Assembly: GCF_016432865.1 (NCBI RefSeq)
Contig: NC_067401.1
Span: 38,750,001-38,814,000, forward strand
DNA: 64,000 bases
Reading direction: 5' to 3'
Source: Antechinus flavipes
Lineage: Eukaryota
Shown: positions 1 to 20,629 of the stretch, piece after piece
Layout of the letters: each line of letters starts with the position of its first letter
Numbering within the stretch: the stretch's first letter is position 1
Made by a program: the position numbers and the translations under genes
The notes under the pieces: model-generated
Told to the model about the DNA's origin: nothing
The model's database searches: none
The model's input: only the letters and a program-made list of their open reading frames with translations

Positions 1-149
1 TACTGTACCAACTAGTTGCCAGCCCTCTTAATGTATCCTCAATAGTATTAGCTTTTTTGGCTTTATGTCACATTGTGGATGTATACTGAACTTAACAATC
101 CACTAAAACCACCAGAACTTTTTAAAATTTTATTAATGCCTTGTGCTTT

Positions 150-657
150 TATGTCACAGTAATTTCCTAGTATACCCCAACCTTGACTCCTTCTCTTATA
201 ATAAAGAAAAACTTTTCAGAAAAAGACTGATAGAACAACTGCATCTGGCAGCATATGTAATATTCCCTACATGTAATCTCTCTGAGAAGAGAGAATTATA
301 TTTATTATCTCTTCTCCAGGGCCAAGATTGGTCATTACAATTATTCAGAGTTCCCCTGCCCTTTTTTATCATTAAATGTACATTATTTTATCATTCTTAC
401 TCCTGGTTCTCTTACTCTTATCTGTACTAGTTTACATCAGCTTTCCCAATTTTCTCCAAATTCCTCATATTGGTCATATCTTACAACCCAATAATTCATA
501 GCCCACAATCTGTTCCGCCATTACGCAATCAATGGGTACCTACATCAGCTCAAGCTTTTTTGCTACCACAAGAAGTGCTACTACAGATATTTTTTTGCAT
601 TTATAGAGTCTTTCTTTGATTTCCTTATTGTGTACACCTAGTAATGGGATTTCTGGG
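150..657 (-). mobile_element. Old L1 3' fragment
   Basis: ccacaatctgttc...ttgctaccacaagaagtgctactacagatatt...cacctagtaatgggatttctggg. Confidence 0.55.
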
Positions 658-1199
658 AGTCCCCAGACTTTTTTCCACTTGAACTGTTGGCGAGTCAACT
701 GTTCAAAGTTGGGATTGGTTCAAAGGTGATATTTGGAACCCGAGGATAGGATTCTTCATTTCTTCCCTTTAGATGTTATTCCATTCAATCGATCCATCAT
801 TTGGATCGATTGTTTTCTTTTGAGATCCAGAATCTGCCATTCACTGGTCTGCTGTCTCCTCAAATTTCCCGTCCTTCGCAAATTCGGCGCATTCATGCAA
901 GTCATGAATAAAATGTGGATAAGCAAATGGTCAAAGTCAATTGACTTCCCTTCAAAATGACATCATCTCATTAGTTAGAACTAGTAGCCTCCTACCAGGT
1001 CCAAATCTGCCTAATTACGTTATCTGCCGCATGTCCCCCCATTTATCCCGAAGCGGATCATAGAAGGCTTTTTTTTTTTTTCAGGTTAAGTGACTTGCCC
1101 AGGGTCACACAGCTCGATTCTTCCTGACTCCAGGTCTGGTTTAGATTCTTGTAAAAAAAAAAAAAGAAATGAAATGAAAATTAGGTTAGGCTTTTCAGG

Positions 1200-1800
1200 C
1201 TGCCCCCCAATACGATGGCGGGGAGCCACTTGATTCCCTTCGGGGAAAGGCCGTAGCCCGAGGAAATGCGGGGTGAAGCGAGTGGAGCTCGGCCACGTCT
1301 CGGGTCAGCCTAAGGGAGCCGAGGTGAGCGGGAGGGAGTTTCGTGCACTGTCCTCCGGCCTTGGAGTCGGGAAGAAGCCCCTGCTACCCCTTCCGGCCCA
1401 GGCTCCCCCTCCCCACTGGGGCCCGAAGGGAGCGCTTGGCCTGCGGCAATACTGAAAATATCGAGTGTGGCTGGAGGCGGCCTCCCCGGCTAGCCTCTGA
1501 GGTCGGGGGAGGGGGGCGGCGCGGGGGGCTGCGTGCTGGCCTGGCTCCCCGGCGGGAAGCGGCGGCAGAGCCCTGATAAGCACTGAGCGGAGGCAGAGAG
1601 AGGAACCTGGTGGCCGAGAGCAAACCACAGCGGGGCGGGGGGAGAGCGGGCCCCCGGAGTCACGGAGAGGGAGCACGAGGCTCCCAGCCCAGAGACGGGG
1701 GTGCCCCGGACACAGACCTCCCTGCAGGTGGGCACGGTGGGCACCCTCCCCCATCACGCACCTTCTCACGTGCAGCTGCCCCGAGTGCCCGCGAATCCTG
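1200..1800. promoter_or_regulatory. GC/CpG-rich island in the RORC intron upstream of the first DBD exon
   Basis: Dense CpG and GC boxes against a CpG-poor background; boundaries approximate. Confidence 0.6.
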
Positions 1801-2319
1801 ATGCTTTTGCAGTCATTCACAGAATCAGAAAGCACTTATTAAGTGCCGGCTGTGTACCAGGTAATAGTGACCTGGTTCCTTGTCCTTCCATAGGTTAAAC
1901 CATATACAGCAGATATGGGGGAAAGACACCAGCAGCTGGGGAAGGCTTTGTGTAGAAAGTGGAACCGAGCTGAGCCTTGAAAGAAATGACTGAAATTGGA
2001 CATAATGACAGTCCCTATATAATTCCTGAAAGCATAGGGGTCTCAAATACTCACTAGACACACTTAATCTTAGTATGATATAGAGCAAAGAGCAGTAAAC
2101 CGAGTCAGGAAACCCAGGGTGTAGCTTTGCTAATTCTCTGTGTGACTTTGGATGAATCATTTTATTTTATTTTTTTTAATTTTATTTTAATGATGATAAC
2201 TATATAAACAATATACATATAAAATAACATTTTATTTAACATTTTTAAATTTTAATGATAATATTAATATTTATATAACTATATATAAGTACTTGGGTTT
2301 GTGAAATATTTAACTTATT

Positions 2320-2490
2320 TTATCATCCTCCTTGGGAGATGAATGCTATTATTATCCCCATTTTACAGATGGAGAAACTGAGGCAAACAGAATTAAGTGG
2401 TACTCGGGGATGTATGGTTGAGGCTGGATCTGACCTTAAACCTTCCAGAGTCCAGGGCCCGAGGTCAATCTACTGCACCATCTAGTACCA
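2320..2490 (-). mobile_element. MIR/CORE-SINE
   Basis: attatccccattttacagatggagaaactgaggc core; many similar MIR fragments occur through the window (e.g. about 3960-4130, 6470-6630, 23040-23140, 23890-24030, 36390-36550). Confidence 0.8.
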
Positions 2491-3262
2491 CAGTTTTCTC
2501 ATGTGTAATCAGACCACTAAGATCCTTTCAAGTTCTGATATGATTCATACATATATATTCTCTCCAATAGACTCGCATCTACTTTACAAACTCATCAATG
2601 TCCATATTGTGATCATACATGAACCCTTTAACATGCATATATACAAATCCTGGGTCAGTAAGGCAGTCAGTCCTTCCCTTTGCTTTCCAGGTACTCGTCA
2701 AGAAATTGTTTGAGTCCCATGGCAACTATACTTATGACCCCAGAATCCCCCCAACCCCTGCTGTTTCTTGAACTCACTCTGAAAAGTATCTTGTGGTAGT
2801 ATGGGCCCAATCCTCCCCCTCTAAGCCTGGGTGAGCAAGGGCGTACGTCCCTGCCTGGTGCCCAGGTGCCCCTAGCCCAGCCCACCACATCCTCCTCACA
2901 TGCCCCGTACTTTGCCCGTGGGAGCAGAGTCTGGGGTGAGGGGAGGGGAAGAGAGAAAATAAGGTTCCTTAGGCGGGAAGCAGGTGCTTCGAGGCAGCAG
3001 GGACTCTGGGGTCCCAAGGCGGGAGGGAAGTATAAAGAGTCTCTGTGACTTAAGGGGTAGGGAGGGGGTGGGAGAACAGGTGGTCTCTCTGTACATCTGC
3101 TGCCTTTGCCACCCCACAGAGCTGATGCTATTTCCCTGACTTCCCTGTCCTCTCCCCAGCCCCCCACAAAAAACATTTAGCTTCCTTCGGTGATCCCTGC
3201 TTTCCCTCCAAATGTTGAGGGTGAAACTGAATACTCGGTACCCAGATTGAATAAGCCAGTGA

Positions 3263-11736
<8,474 letters not shown>

Positions 11737-12828
11737 GTTGAATGGCCAATCCCCTCCCCACCACAGCCTCCTGTCCTAACCTCAAGCCCTCCACCACCGT
11801 CTCCCCATTGCCCAACCATCATCCACTTTCTCCTCCTCTGTCCCCTTTTCCACGGCCTCCAGAAATGGCCTTAGGGTAAGCTACCATTCAGGCCAGTTGA
11901 CTTGAATTCATTCCCTGGAGCAGGTTCGTTCTTACTGACCAGTCTGGCAGTAGTAGAGATGGCTAAAGGGAAAAATGTTGGGATCTCTCCAACCACAACT
12001 TTATGATGCTTAATATTCCCCATCCCTCTAAACTCCTGAGGCTTGAGAAGCAAAGCAGTGGATATGGGAGAGAGGGGAATCACGGCAACAGAGAAACTTG
12101 GGGGGCCACACTCGACAAACTCCGATTCTAAGCTCTGAACCCAAGAGGGGAATTTTTGAAATACCTCATTTCATTTCCCAGAGGGCTGTGGTCAGGGGAA
12201 GCTAGATCAAGCTCAAAAACAGAGTTCAAACCCAAAAGGAACTGTTCATTTTATGAATGGCCACATTTCTTCATGCCTTTTCAGGGAGTTAGGAGTGCTG
12301 ATGATGTGGGTAGGGGTGGAGAAAGGAGGTTAGAGATAATAACTGCAGGAGTTCAATGTCTAGGGGTGATGGGAAATAAGACTGGATTGACAAATATGAA
12401 GGGAGGGTGAGAACAAAAGTCATATGCACTTTAGACACGGGATAAAGGAATTGGTACAAACTATAAAGTGTTCATACAAAGGAAAAACACTTAAAGATGT
12501 ATAAACAAGGTCCTATCAAATACACAATACGCCCCTGTGGTGCTTCAGGAAGAAGTCCCTTGTCCTGAGGGATCCTGGAGGAATGATGATGTGGGGCTTC
12601 TGGATTCTACTGTCCTTGGGCATGTCTGCTCTAGGTCTGGGACGCTGCCACCTCTCAGCAGGGTGTCAGCAGCACTTAGCCATCATACCTCATGGCATCA
12701 ACATGAGTAACGGTCGGGCACAGACCAAGGAGACAGCTGAAGCAGATGACACCATCTCCATGTCCTCAAAGGATCCCCCCCACCCAGCGGACTTGCTCCT
12801 TGTCCTGGGGAGAAGAACAGTATCACAC

Positions 12829-13113
12829 GTTCTGTGAAATGTCCATTCCAGCATCACAGACTGGGAGAGGGTGGAGGGGAATAGAATGGGGACAGCCCTC
12901 AAATATCCCCCCCCAAAATCCTATCCTTCCCCTGGACCCTTTTCAACCTTGCAAATGGCTATTGTCATATGTTCTGTGAAAGGTCATTTCCAGGATCACA
13001 AACTCTGGGAGGGGGTGGAGGGGAGGAGAGTGGAGTAGAAAGGGGGCAGCCCTTAACCCCCAAAATTCTATCCTTCCCCTGGACCTTTTTCAACCTTACA
13101 AATGGCTATTGTC
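12829..13113. repeat. Diverged ~142-bp tandem duplication 3' of the RORC stop
   Basis: Copies start with gttctgtgaa (12829, 12971) and end with aaatggctattgtc; a shared block ctatccttcccctggacc(c/t)ttttcaacctt is nearly identical. Confidence 0.85.
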
Positions 13114-14019
13114 CTCCCTTTGGTGATGTAGGGCAGTTGAAGGGGGGTGGGGTGATGAAAGCTGAAAGTCTCATTACTTTCATTCTCTGGGGAAGGGTAA
13201 CAAGGGAAAACTCAATTCTAGATTTGTGTCATTCTTTATTAGATGATTTTAAAGGCGATGGGGAGGGCGGGCAGAGAGAGCAGGAAATACAACAGTGTCA
13301 CAGAGAAAATCAAGAATATTTAAGCTACTCTTGGCCAAGGTTACCTAGATGACCTGATTGAATTCATTCCTGCTCCAGACAAAACTATCAGCACCATAAT
13401 CAGGACTGGCCATAGTGGGCCATAATGATTTGGGCACTGGTCTTAAGAGTGAAGAAGATAGTTCAAATCCTGCCTTAGGCACTTTATAATATGAAATTAC
13501 TGGGTCTGGGCTTCAGCTTCCACAGCTCTAAAACAAAGGGGCTGTGCTCACTCTTTTAAAAGTAGGTCCCTGCTCTAAATCAATGGCCCTATTATACAAT
13601 CCTCCCCTAGCTATTTGGATTGAAAGTTTTCGCGGAGAAGCAAAATGAAAGGGTCTCAGTTTCTTCATTTATAAAAATCCGATGGCTGGACTAGATAATT
13701 TCTGGATTCCAGCTCTATTTGATATTTATAAGTGACTCAGGATGAGATCCTATTTCCTCATCCATAAGATTGGACTGCATGGTTTTTTTAAAGTCCTTCT
13801 CAGTTGTAATATCCTTTGTCTATTACAATCTGAGGGCTGTTCCCAAGTGCCAGAGTCCTGAATCATAAAACTGTCCTCCCCTGGACCTGGTGCTCTCCTA
13901 TAGGCTCTCTTGCTCCCTGGTTCTCTCTGCCCTGTATCAGTGGCTCCTGCTGCAGCCCTCCCCTAAGACTTTATTTATTTATTTTGCACCAACGGGTTTG
14001 CTGCAGACTCATTCTCACT

Positions 14020-14227
14020 TGGTTTAAAAAGAGAGAGAAGGGAAAAAGAGAGAAACCCTTTGCAGTTCTACCTTGGTGGCAGCAGCAGAGACTGGGAGGC
14101 AAGCCTTAGGGAAAATAGGTGTGCTAGAGAAGTGCAAGGGGTCCAAAGGCACAGACTGAATGGGAGCATTCCTCAACCCCAGACAGGATGCAGTGCCCAA
14201 CCTGATGAAGCTCCCAGGATCTCCCTG
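14020..14227 (+). other. LINGO4: Candidate LINGO4 first (5') exon
   Basis: Consensus donor CTG|gtaagt at 14228 and TATA-like tttaaaaa near 14023, about 2.9 kb upstream of the coding exon; the start position is a guess. Confidence 0.45.
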
Positions 14228-17099
14228 GTAAGTGCCTCCCTATCAGCCCCAACCCTGTTCCTCATTCTTATCTTTAGATAGCTTTCCTCACTTCCAGGCA
14301 CTTTCAGGGTATGATAGACCAAAGGTATCTGATAGATTTCCTAACCCCTTCTTTGGTTGCTGGCATAGGATGGATTAGGACTAGCAGGAATTTGTCAGGA
14401 GGATTCAAAGGGCACTTAGTGCCTTATGCCTATGGAAAAGAAATCCGGGAGGGAGGGGGTAGCTCTTTTCTCTTTTGGGTAGAAGGGGGAATACTTAGCT
14501 AAGCAAGGGTCATTCTGACCTGTTTGTATCTGAAATCTATCTCTGTTCTTTTATCCTCCCTGTCCATATACTCTAATATAGATGCTCGAGGATCCTTTTA
14601 GAGGGAGGGGACATTATACTTTGGGCTGGCATCAAATGTTGCCTCAAGACTGCAGCATAAAGGTTGGGAAGGAGGAATCTCTTTAAACGAGAGGAAGAGA
14701 TCATCTCTTCTCCAAATGCTTTGACTTCCTCTATGTATCTGTATTTCCCACTCACCCACCCCCCTTCTTTTGCAATTTAAGAAGGAAAAAGGAGTGGGAC
14801 TGGTACCTTTCCCTCCTCTTTTGCCAACTGGCAAGAAGCCAGTTCAGCAGCCATGGAGAGATCATGAGAAAAGTTTGCTCTTATAGACACCTTATAAATA
14901 AACCAAGGAAAGAGATCCCCTCTAGATCCTTCAATCTTTCTGTTCTTTGCCCACCAATCTGCCCCCATCCCCAACCTGAGAATGAGGGGGAAAGAGACCT
15001 GCTTAAGGAGGAAGTGCTCTACTGGGTACAGCATAAGGATGGGCAGGAACTGCAGCATCGGGATTGCTGTTACCCCTCAGGGTGAATTTCCCAGTGGTCG
15101 GGTGGAAAGCATAGCTGGAGTAGGGGAGGCTCACTCAGCAGATTCCCTCAGTCTCGAACAAACCTGGGAGCACTTCCGCAGTCAGGCTAATCTCGCTCGC
15201 CCCCAGCCCGCTCTGGGTATTGAAGATGCTTTAGCTTCCATTGTTTCCCTGCGTCCCTCTCACTATGTCTTAAAATCTCATTGCGCCTGAGTTTTAGTGT
15301 CTCACGTAGCCGCTACCTTCTGCAGGAAAAAGCCAGAGAGGGTTGCTGTCTCTTCAGCTCCCTTCCCAATTGACAGAAAAGGTACAAGAGAACTGACCTT
15401 GTTGGGGTGGTGGGGACCAAGAATAGGGGCTAGGGCTGGGATAGCCTATGATTTGAAGCCCACCTCTACTGGCTCCTGGGGGCTGTGTCACTTTGGCCAC
15501 TTTTTTGCTCCTGATCTAGGGTTCCTAATTTGACATGGAGAGTTGGGAGGATTCTTTACTTTCCCCTCCTTCATCCCACTCTCATTTCTCCACCTGCTGC
15601 CCCCGACCCTTCTCTGTGTCATTCATAGTGGCAGTTGTCTGAGTGTCCCTGAGGCCCTGCTGTGAGCCAGCTCTGCAGACTGCCTGCGGGTAGGAGAGTG
15701 CCAATTCAAGGCTAGCTCAATAGCCGCTGTGCCAGACGAGTGACCCAGCTCCTGAGGTCTCTCACCAGGCATTCTCCTCCCATCCCTATCTCTGTGCGTC
15801 CTTTTATCTCTGCCCAGGTACTTCTCTCCCTTGGGAAGCTAGATCAGGAGAGCAGGATGCCCCTAAGGCAAGATCAAAGGGCCATTTCAAGGGCCTGAAA
15901 GCACCAAAATTCCTTCTTCCCATGCAGAGTGACATGATTTTCCCCATAAGAAAAAAGGGGAGATGCTGTTGATGTCTTTCTAAAGCTCCTATAGGTGCAT
16001 GTAGCTTCCAAATGGTTCTGGGGGGGGAGAAGGGGAGGGAAGCCCTTTACCCCACCCCTCAATACTTGCCTCCTCCATTCAGTGCCATGGTTAATGTGCA
16101 GGTTGGCTGCCATCCATACAACTACTCTGGGGAAATTGAATCTCCGTAGTCCAGAGAGACGGCCTCAGACCCTGAGCCAGGCCACAAGGAGCAGTGGCAG
16201 TAATGGGAAATGGGGAGAGCTCCTGGATCCCAGCGGACCCCATCCTACCACCTTCCATGACGCTTATTGTTTTTATGACTTCTGAAGCTCTTCCACAGCT
16301 GCTATTCTGACTTTCACAAGCAGCTTGTGAAGTGAGCAAAGGAGGCATTATTATAGGACATTTAGAGGGGGTGTAAAGGGACTGGCTACAAATCACAAGG
16401 CTAGTAACTAGCAGGAACAAGAAGCCAGCCCTTATGACTTTTAGGTCTCCAAGGCTACAGAGCAGAACAAGTGCACCCTCTGGAGCTCAAAGAAGCATTT
16501 TTCTCCATCCTAGGCTGATAAAGTCAGGACCCAAGGGCCTCTCCCCTCACAAGACGGAGAGCTCTGGGCCACGGACACACACCCCTGAGACTCAGGGAAA
16601 CGCTAGACGGAACTTCAAGCCATCCATGCTGCACACCGGGCATGGCTCCAGGTAAGTCGAGACATGGAGGTGAGGTAACTGGGGAAGGCAGATGGCTAGA
16701 GATCCCACAGAATAAAGAGGACAGACTATAACACCACTTCTCCAAACCTCCCCAACACTCCTCACCAAGACCAGACTTAGCTGGCTTTAACTAACCAGAA
16801 GCCACGGGCCCAGAGACAATGGCTACCTCAAGTCCCGACCACTCTAGATAAAGGCTAGGCTGCAGAGGGGTGGGAAGAGGAGGCCGGAGCCCCGAAAAGG
16901 GCAGAGAGGACTCTGGGGGGTAATCAATCTGGATTCCGCATGGTCCTGTGGCCCCCACACTGGCAATGCCCTCTCTGAGCACACCGGGCTCTCCTCCCTC
17001 CCACCTCTCCAAGATTCCCAAGGAAACCCTGGGTCTGTACCCAGAATAAAGGGAGGCCTGGACTTGCCCATCACCGCCTCTCCCAGCAGTAACGAGGGC

Positions 17100-18881
17100 A
17101 TGGACACAGACGTGGTTTCCCGTTGGGTCTCCGCCCCTTGGCCACCCCTCTTCTTTCTGCTCCTTCTGGCCGGAAAGAGTGGCCGAAGCTGCCCGGCCGC
17201 ATGTGACTGTGCCTCCCAACCCCAGGCGGTGCTCTGTGCCAGCCGGCAGCTGGAGGCAGTTCCCGGGGGGATCCCCCCAGACACTGAGCTCCTGGACTTG
17301 AGTAGGAACCGCCTGTGGGGTCTCCAAAGGGGGATGCTCTCCCGCCTGGGACCTCTCCTTGAGTTGGATCTCAGTCACAACCAGCTTTCCACCCTAGAAC
17401 CCGGGGCCTTCCAGGGTCTCCGAAACCTCCTCACTCTGCGGCTTCGGGGTAACAGGCTCCGAATCGTGGCCCCCGGCGTTTTCTCCGGCCTCTCCTCCCT
17501 CACCCTACTGGACCTCAGCCTGAATCAGATCGTCCTTTTCCTGGACGGTGCCTTTGGAGAGCTGGGCAGCCTTCAGCAGTTGGAAGTGGGGGACAACCAC
17601 CTGGTGTTTGTGGCCCCGGGGGCCTTTGTGGGTTTGGCAAAGCTAGGCACCCTTACCCTAGAACGATGTAATCTCAGCACTGTGCCCGGACCTGCTCTGG
17701 CCCGGCTCCCAGGGCTGACGGGGCTGAGGCTGCGCGAGCTGGACATCAGTCGGCTACCCACTGGGGCTCTGAGAGGACTGGGACAGTTACGGGAGTTGGA
17801 GATCCACCAATGGCCGGCTCTGAGGGCCCTGGAACCTGGGAGCCTGGCCGGGCTCAACCTCAGCCACCTTGCCATCACTTACTGCAACCTGAGCTCCGTG
17901 CCCTTCCAAGCCCTGAGCCATCTGAACTTTCTCAGGGTCCTGGACCTGTCCCAGAACCCCATCTCAAATATCCCAGCCCGGAAACTTAGTTTTTTAGTAC
18001 GGCTCCAGGAACTCCACCTCTCGGGGGCCCACCTCGCCTCTATTGCTGCTCACGCTTTCCATGGTTTGGCTGCCTTCTGCCTCCTGGATGTGGCTAACAA
18101 TGCTCTTCAGACCCTGGAAGAAGCTGCCTTCCCCTCCCCAAACAGTCTGGTCACCCTGCGACTGGCTGGCAACCCCCTGATCTGTGACTGCCGTCTCTTG
18201 TGGCTCCTCCGGCTTCGTCACCACCTGGACTTTGGCAAATCCCCCCCAGCCTGTGCCAGTCCACTCCACGTCAAGGGAAAGAACCTCCGGGACTTCTCGG
18301 ACATCCTGCCCCCAGGGCACTTCACTTGCCGAGCGGCCCTGATTCAGAGGTCTGGCCCACGAAGGGTCAGTGCAGAGGAGGGGCAGCAGGCGGTCTTCTC
18401 TTGCTCTGGGGACGGAGAGCCAGCTCCTACTGTTTCCTGGCGAGGACCCCAGGGGACCTGGCTGGGAAGAACTGGGCGAGTAAGAGTCCTTGAGGACGGG
18501 ACCTTGGAGATCCGATCAGTACAGCTTCGAGACGGCGGGGCTTATGTCTGTGTGCTCAGCAACGTGGCTGGGAATGACTCGCTGAGCACCTGGCTGGAGG
18601 TGGTCCGGATCACGTCCCCTAACGGGACCCTTTCTGATACCAACGTCACCTCTCTGGGCACCCCGGGACCCTTCTTCCTGGACAGCAGGGGCCTGGTGGT
18701 GGTCTTGGCTGTGGGCTTCCTCCCCTTCCTCACCTCGGTAACCCTCTGTTTTGGCCTCATTGCCCTGTGGAGCAAAAGCAAGGGACGAGTCAAACATCAC
18801 ACCACCTTTGACTTTGTGCTTCCTCGCACTTCCGGGGAGCGGGATGCCGGGGGCAACCGAGTCACTGCCAAACTCTTCTGA
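17100..18881 (+). CDS. LINGO4: Leucine-rich repeat and Ig domain-containing Nogo receptor-interacting protein 4 (593 aa, single coding exon)
   Basis: ATG at 17100 in strong context (gggcATGg), 13 nt after acceptor tcccag|. Signal peptide, LRRNT (SCPAACDC), LRR array, LRRCT ([11 protein letters not shown]), Ig-I domain, TM helix and tail GNRVTAKLF. The ORF-track start at 17064 is a TTG lying in the intron. Confidence 0.97.
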   Translation: MDTDVVSRWVSAPWPPLFFLLLLAGKSGRSCPAACDCASQPQAVLCASRQLEAVPGGIPPDTELLDLSRNRLWGLQRGMLSRLGPLLELDLSHNQLSTLEPGAFQGLRNLLTLRLRGNRLRIVAPGVFSGLSSLTLLDLSLNQIVLFLDGAFGELGSLQQLEVGDNHLVFVAPGAFVGLAKLGTLTLERCNLSTVPGPALARLPGLTGLRLRELDISRLPTGALRGLGQLRELEIHQWPALRALEPGSLAGLNLSHLAITYCNLSSVPFQALSHLNFLRVLDLSQNPISNIPARKLSFLVRLQELHLSGAHLASIAAHAFHGLAAFCLLDVANNALQTLEEAAFPSPNSLVTLRLAGNPLICDCRLLWLLRLRHHLDFGKSPPACASPLHVKGKNLRDFSDILPPGHFTCRAALIQRSGPRRVSAEEGQQAVFSCSGDGEPAPTVSWRGPQGTWLGRTGRVRVLEDGTLEIRSVQLRDGGAYVCVLSNVAGNDSLSTWLEVVRITSPNGTLSDTNVTSLGTPGPFFLDSRGLVVVLAVGFLPFLTSVTLCFGLIALWSKSKGRVKHHTTFDFVLPRTSGERDAGGNRVTAKLF

Positions 18882-20565
18882 TCTCCCTTTCCATCCTCCC
18901 TGAGAGCCCAGACAGCCAGTTTGAGTGGAGAGAAGGCTAGTTGGGCCAGTGCCTTACCCCAAAGGATGTTCTGGAGAATCAGGACCCAAGCGTCCCCAGC
19001 ATGCCCCCGCCCTCCTTGTGCTGGCTAGAGCAGCTTGTCCTCTGCCTCGCTCCATGGACATTTCCCACCGGGAAATGACAGCCAGCTTCTACTGATTCCC
19101 CCCATTCCCCGAGGGTTCTGGAGTGCTGGAGATTTATGGGACGTCGCCCTCTGAACAGTGCAAGGCTATTACCTCCCACCAGCACACAAGCGGGCAATAG
19201 GACCCGAGGGTCTTAGACCCATTCCCTTCTTTGATCACTAGCAACATATCTTTGCTCCTCACTTCATTTAATTGTCAAAACCAATCACCAGAGCCAGTGA
19301 CGGGGCCATCCCAGAGATGGGTCTGTGAAGTCACCACTTGCTTCTCTGCCTCTTTCCCCCAGGTACAGATTCTACAGAGGCAGACACCCTTCTATTGCCC
19401 CCACCCCCACCCCAGGGCCCAGAGCTAGAAAGAGGATGCTCTTCATGGTCCCTGGGATCGAGGGAAAGGAGAAAATGGTGTGCACAGGCACCATGTCTGC
19501 CTGACAGAGGGGGACCATTAAACCCGCTGCCAAAAGGCTGGAATTGGTGAAAACCAAGAGTGATTTTGAGTCTTTTTTCTACCAATCCATTCCCTTCTAA
19601 CCTTCCCTTCAAGTCTATCAAACCTGTCACTTTCCTCCTTCACCTTCCCTCTTATCTATAAGTTCATGAATCCTAACCCTTATTCCTCCACCTTTCTGTA
19701 ACCAACATATCCAGTCTGAGCCAAAAAGAATCACTTCTCTGTCAAGAGCTTCCTCCCTGAACTGGCCAGGAAATCTTTCCTGGAAATTAATCCAAGTTCC
19801 TCCCATTAGAGTCAGACCCTTTCTGCCCCTCACCCTATTCTCCAAGGGACTAGGGAATGAGAAGTTTTCCACCTCTGGAAACATCTGTTGGCCACTCTCC
19901 TCCTCAGCCTTCTTTAGCTGGATGACATAGCTCCTTTTATCTTCCACAAATCCTGGGGAGAAAGAGAATATTTCAGAGAATGATTATACTCCAAATCCCC
20001 AGGCCCATCAGCTACCAGCAGAGATAGAGGAAAAGAGACAAATCTTGGGGCACAAGGAAAGGAGGCAGTAAAATTGGGGAGGGGGCAGGGAGGAACAAGG
20101 GATCTGGAAGCTGCTGGAAAGGAGGACAAGGGGGCTGGCTAACTCCCAATGGCTGCCTTCCTATTGCAGTTTTCTCTTGTTCTGAAGCTGTGCCTGGGAA
20201 GTCACCCATCCGTCAGAAACCCAGATGGAAAAGCTGGCAAGAGAGAGAGCTTATTCAGCTGAAATATCCCTACAGAAGGGAAATGGGGAAATGGATAGAT
20301 ATATGGAGATGGGAAAAAGAGAAGAGAAAAGGGGAGACACAGAGGGACAATGAAAGAGATTGTCAGCCAGAAAGTCAGGAGGAGGCAAAGAATAGAAGGG
20401 GTGTAAACATCTGAAAAGGGAGAAGGGGAAGAAATAAAAGAGAAGAAACAAGCCAGAAGGACTGAAATACACAATGGCTATATAGTTCTTGTATCAGCAG
20501 TTTCTACCCTTTTCCATCAACAGAAGCCTCGTCTTGCTCCAACAAGGAAAACAAATTTCCCCCAG

Positions 20566-20567
<2 letters not shown>

Positions 20568-20626
<59 letters not shown>
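20568..20626. repeat. (CA)n microsatellite, about 29 units
   Basis: Pure AC run. Confidence 0.98.

Positions 20627-20629
<3 letters not shown>

Noticed and set aside
684-705. tggcgag as a retroviral primer-binding site
   Set aside because: Only about 7 nt resemble a tRNA-Arg PBS, and there is no LTR or gag sequence nearby
1273-1898. Several ORFs in the intronic CpG island
   Set aside because: Low-complexity GC-rich frames with no homology. The RORgammat first exon (ATG AGA A|gt) was looked for and not found.
3031-3036. TATAAA 270 bp upstream of the first RORC DBD exon
   Set aside because: Isolated hexamer with no downstream first exon and donor identified
16626-16640. MLHTG resembling the LINGO2 N-terminus (MLHTA)
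   Set aside because: Four-residue match in a non-equivalent exon position; probably coincidence
17064-17099. LINGO4 start at 17064 (605 aa)
   Set aside because: It is a TTG upstream of the splice acceptor at 17086; the ATG at 17100 gives the expected 593 aa
16791-18800. Minus-strand and alternate-frame ORFs over LINGO4
   Set aside because: Shadow ORFs of a GC-rich coding exon with no recognisable domains
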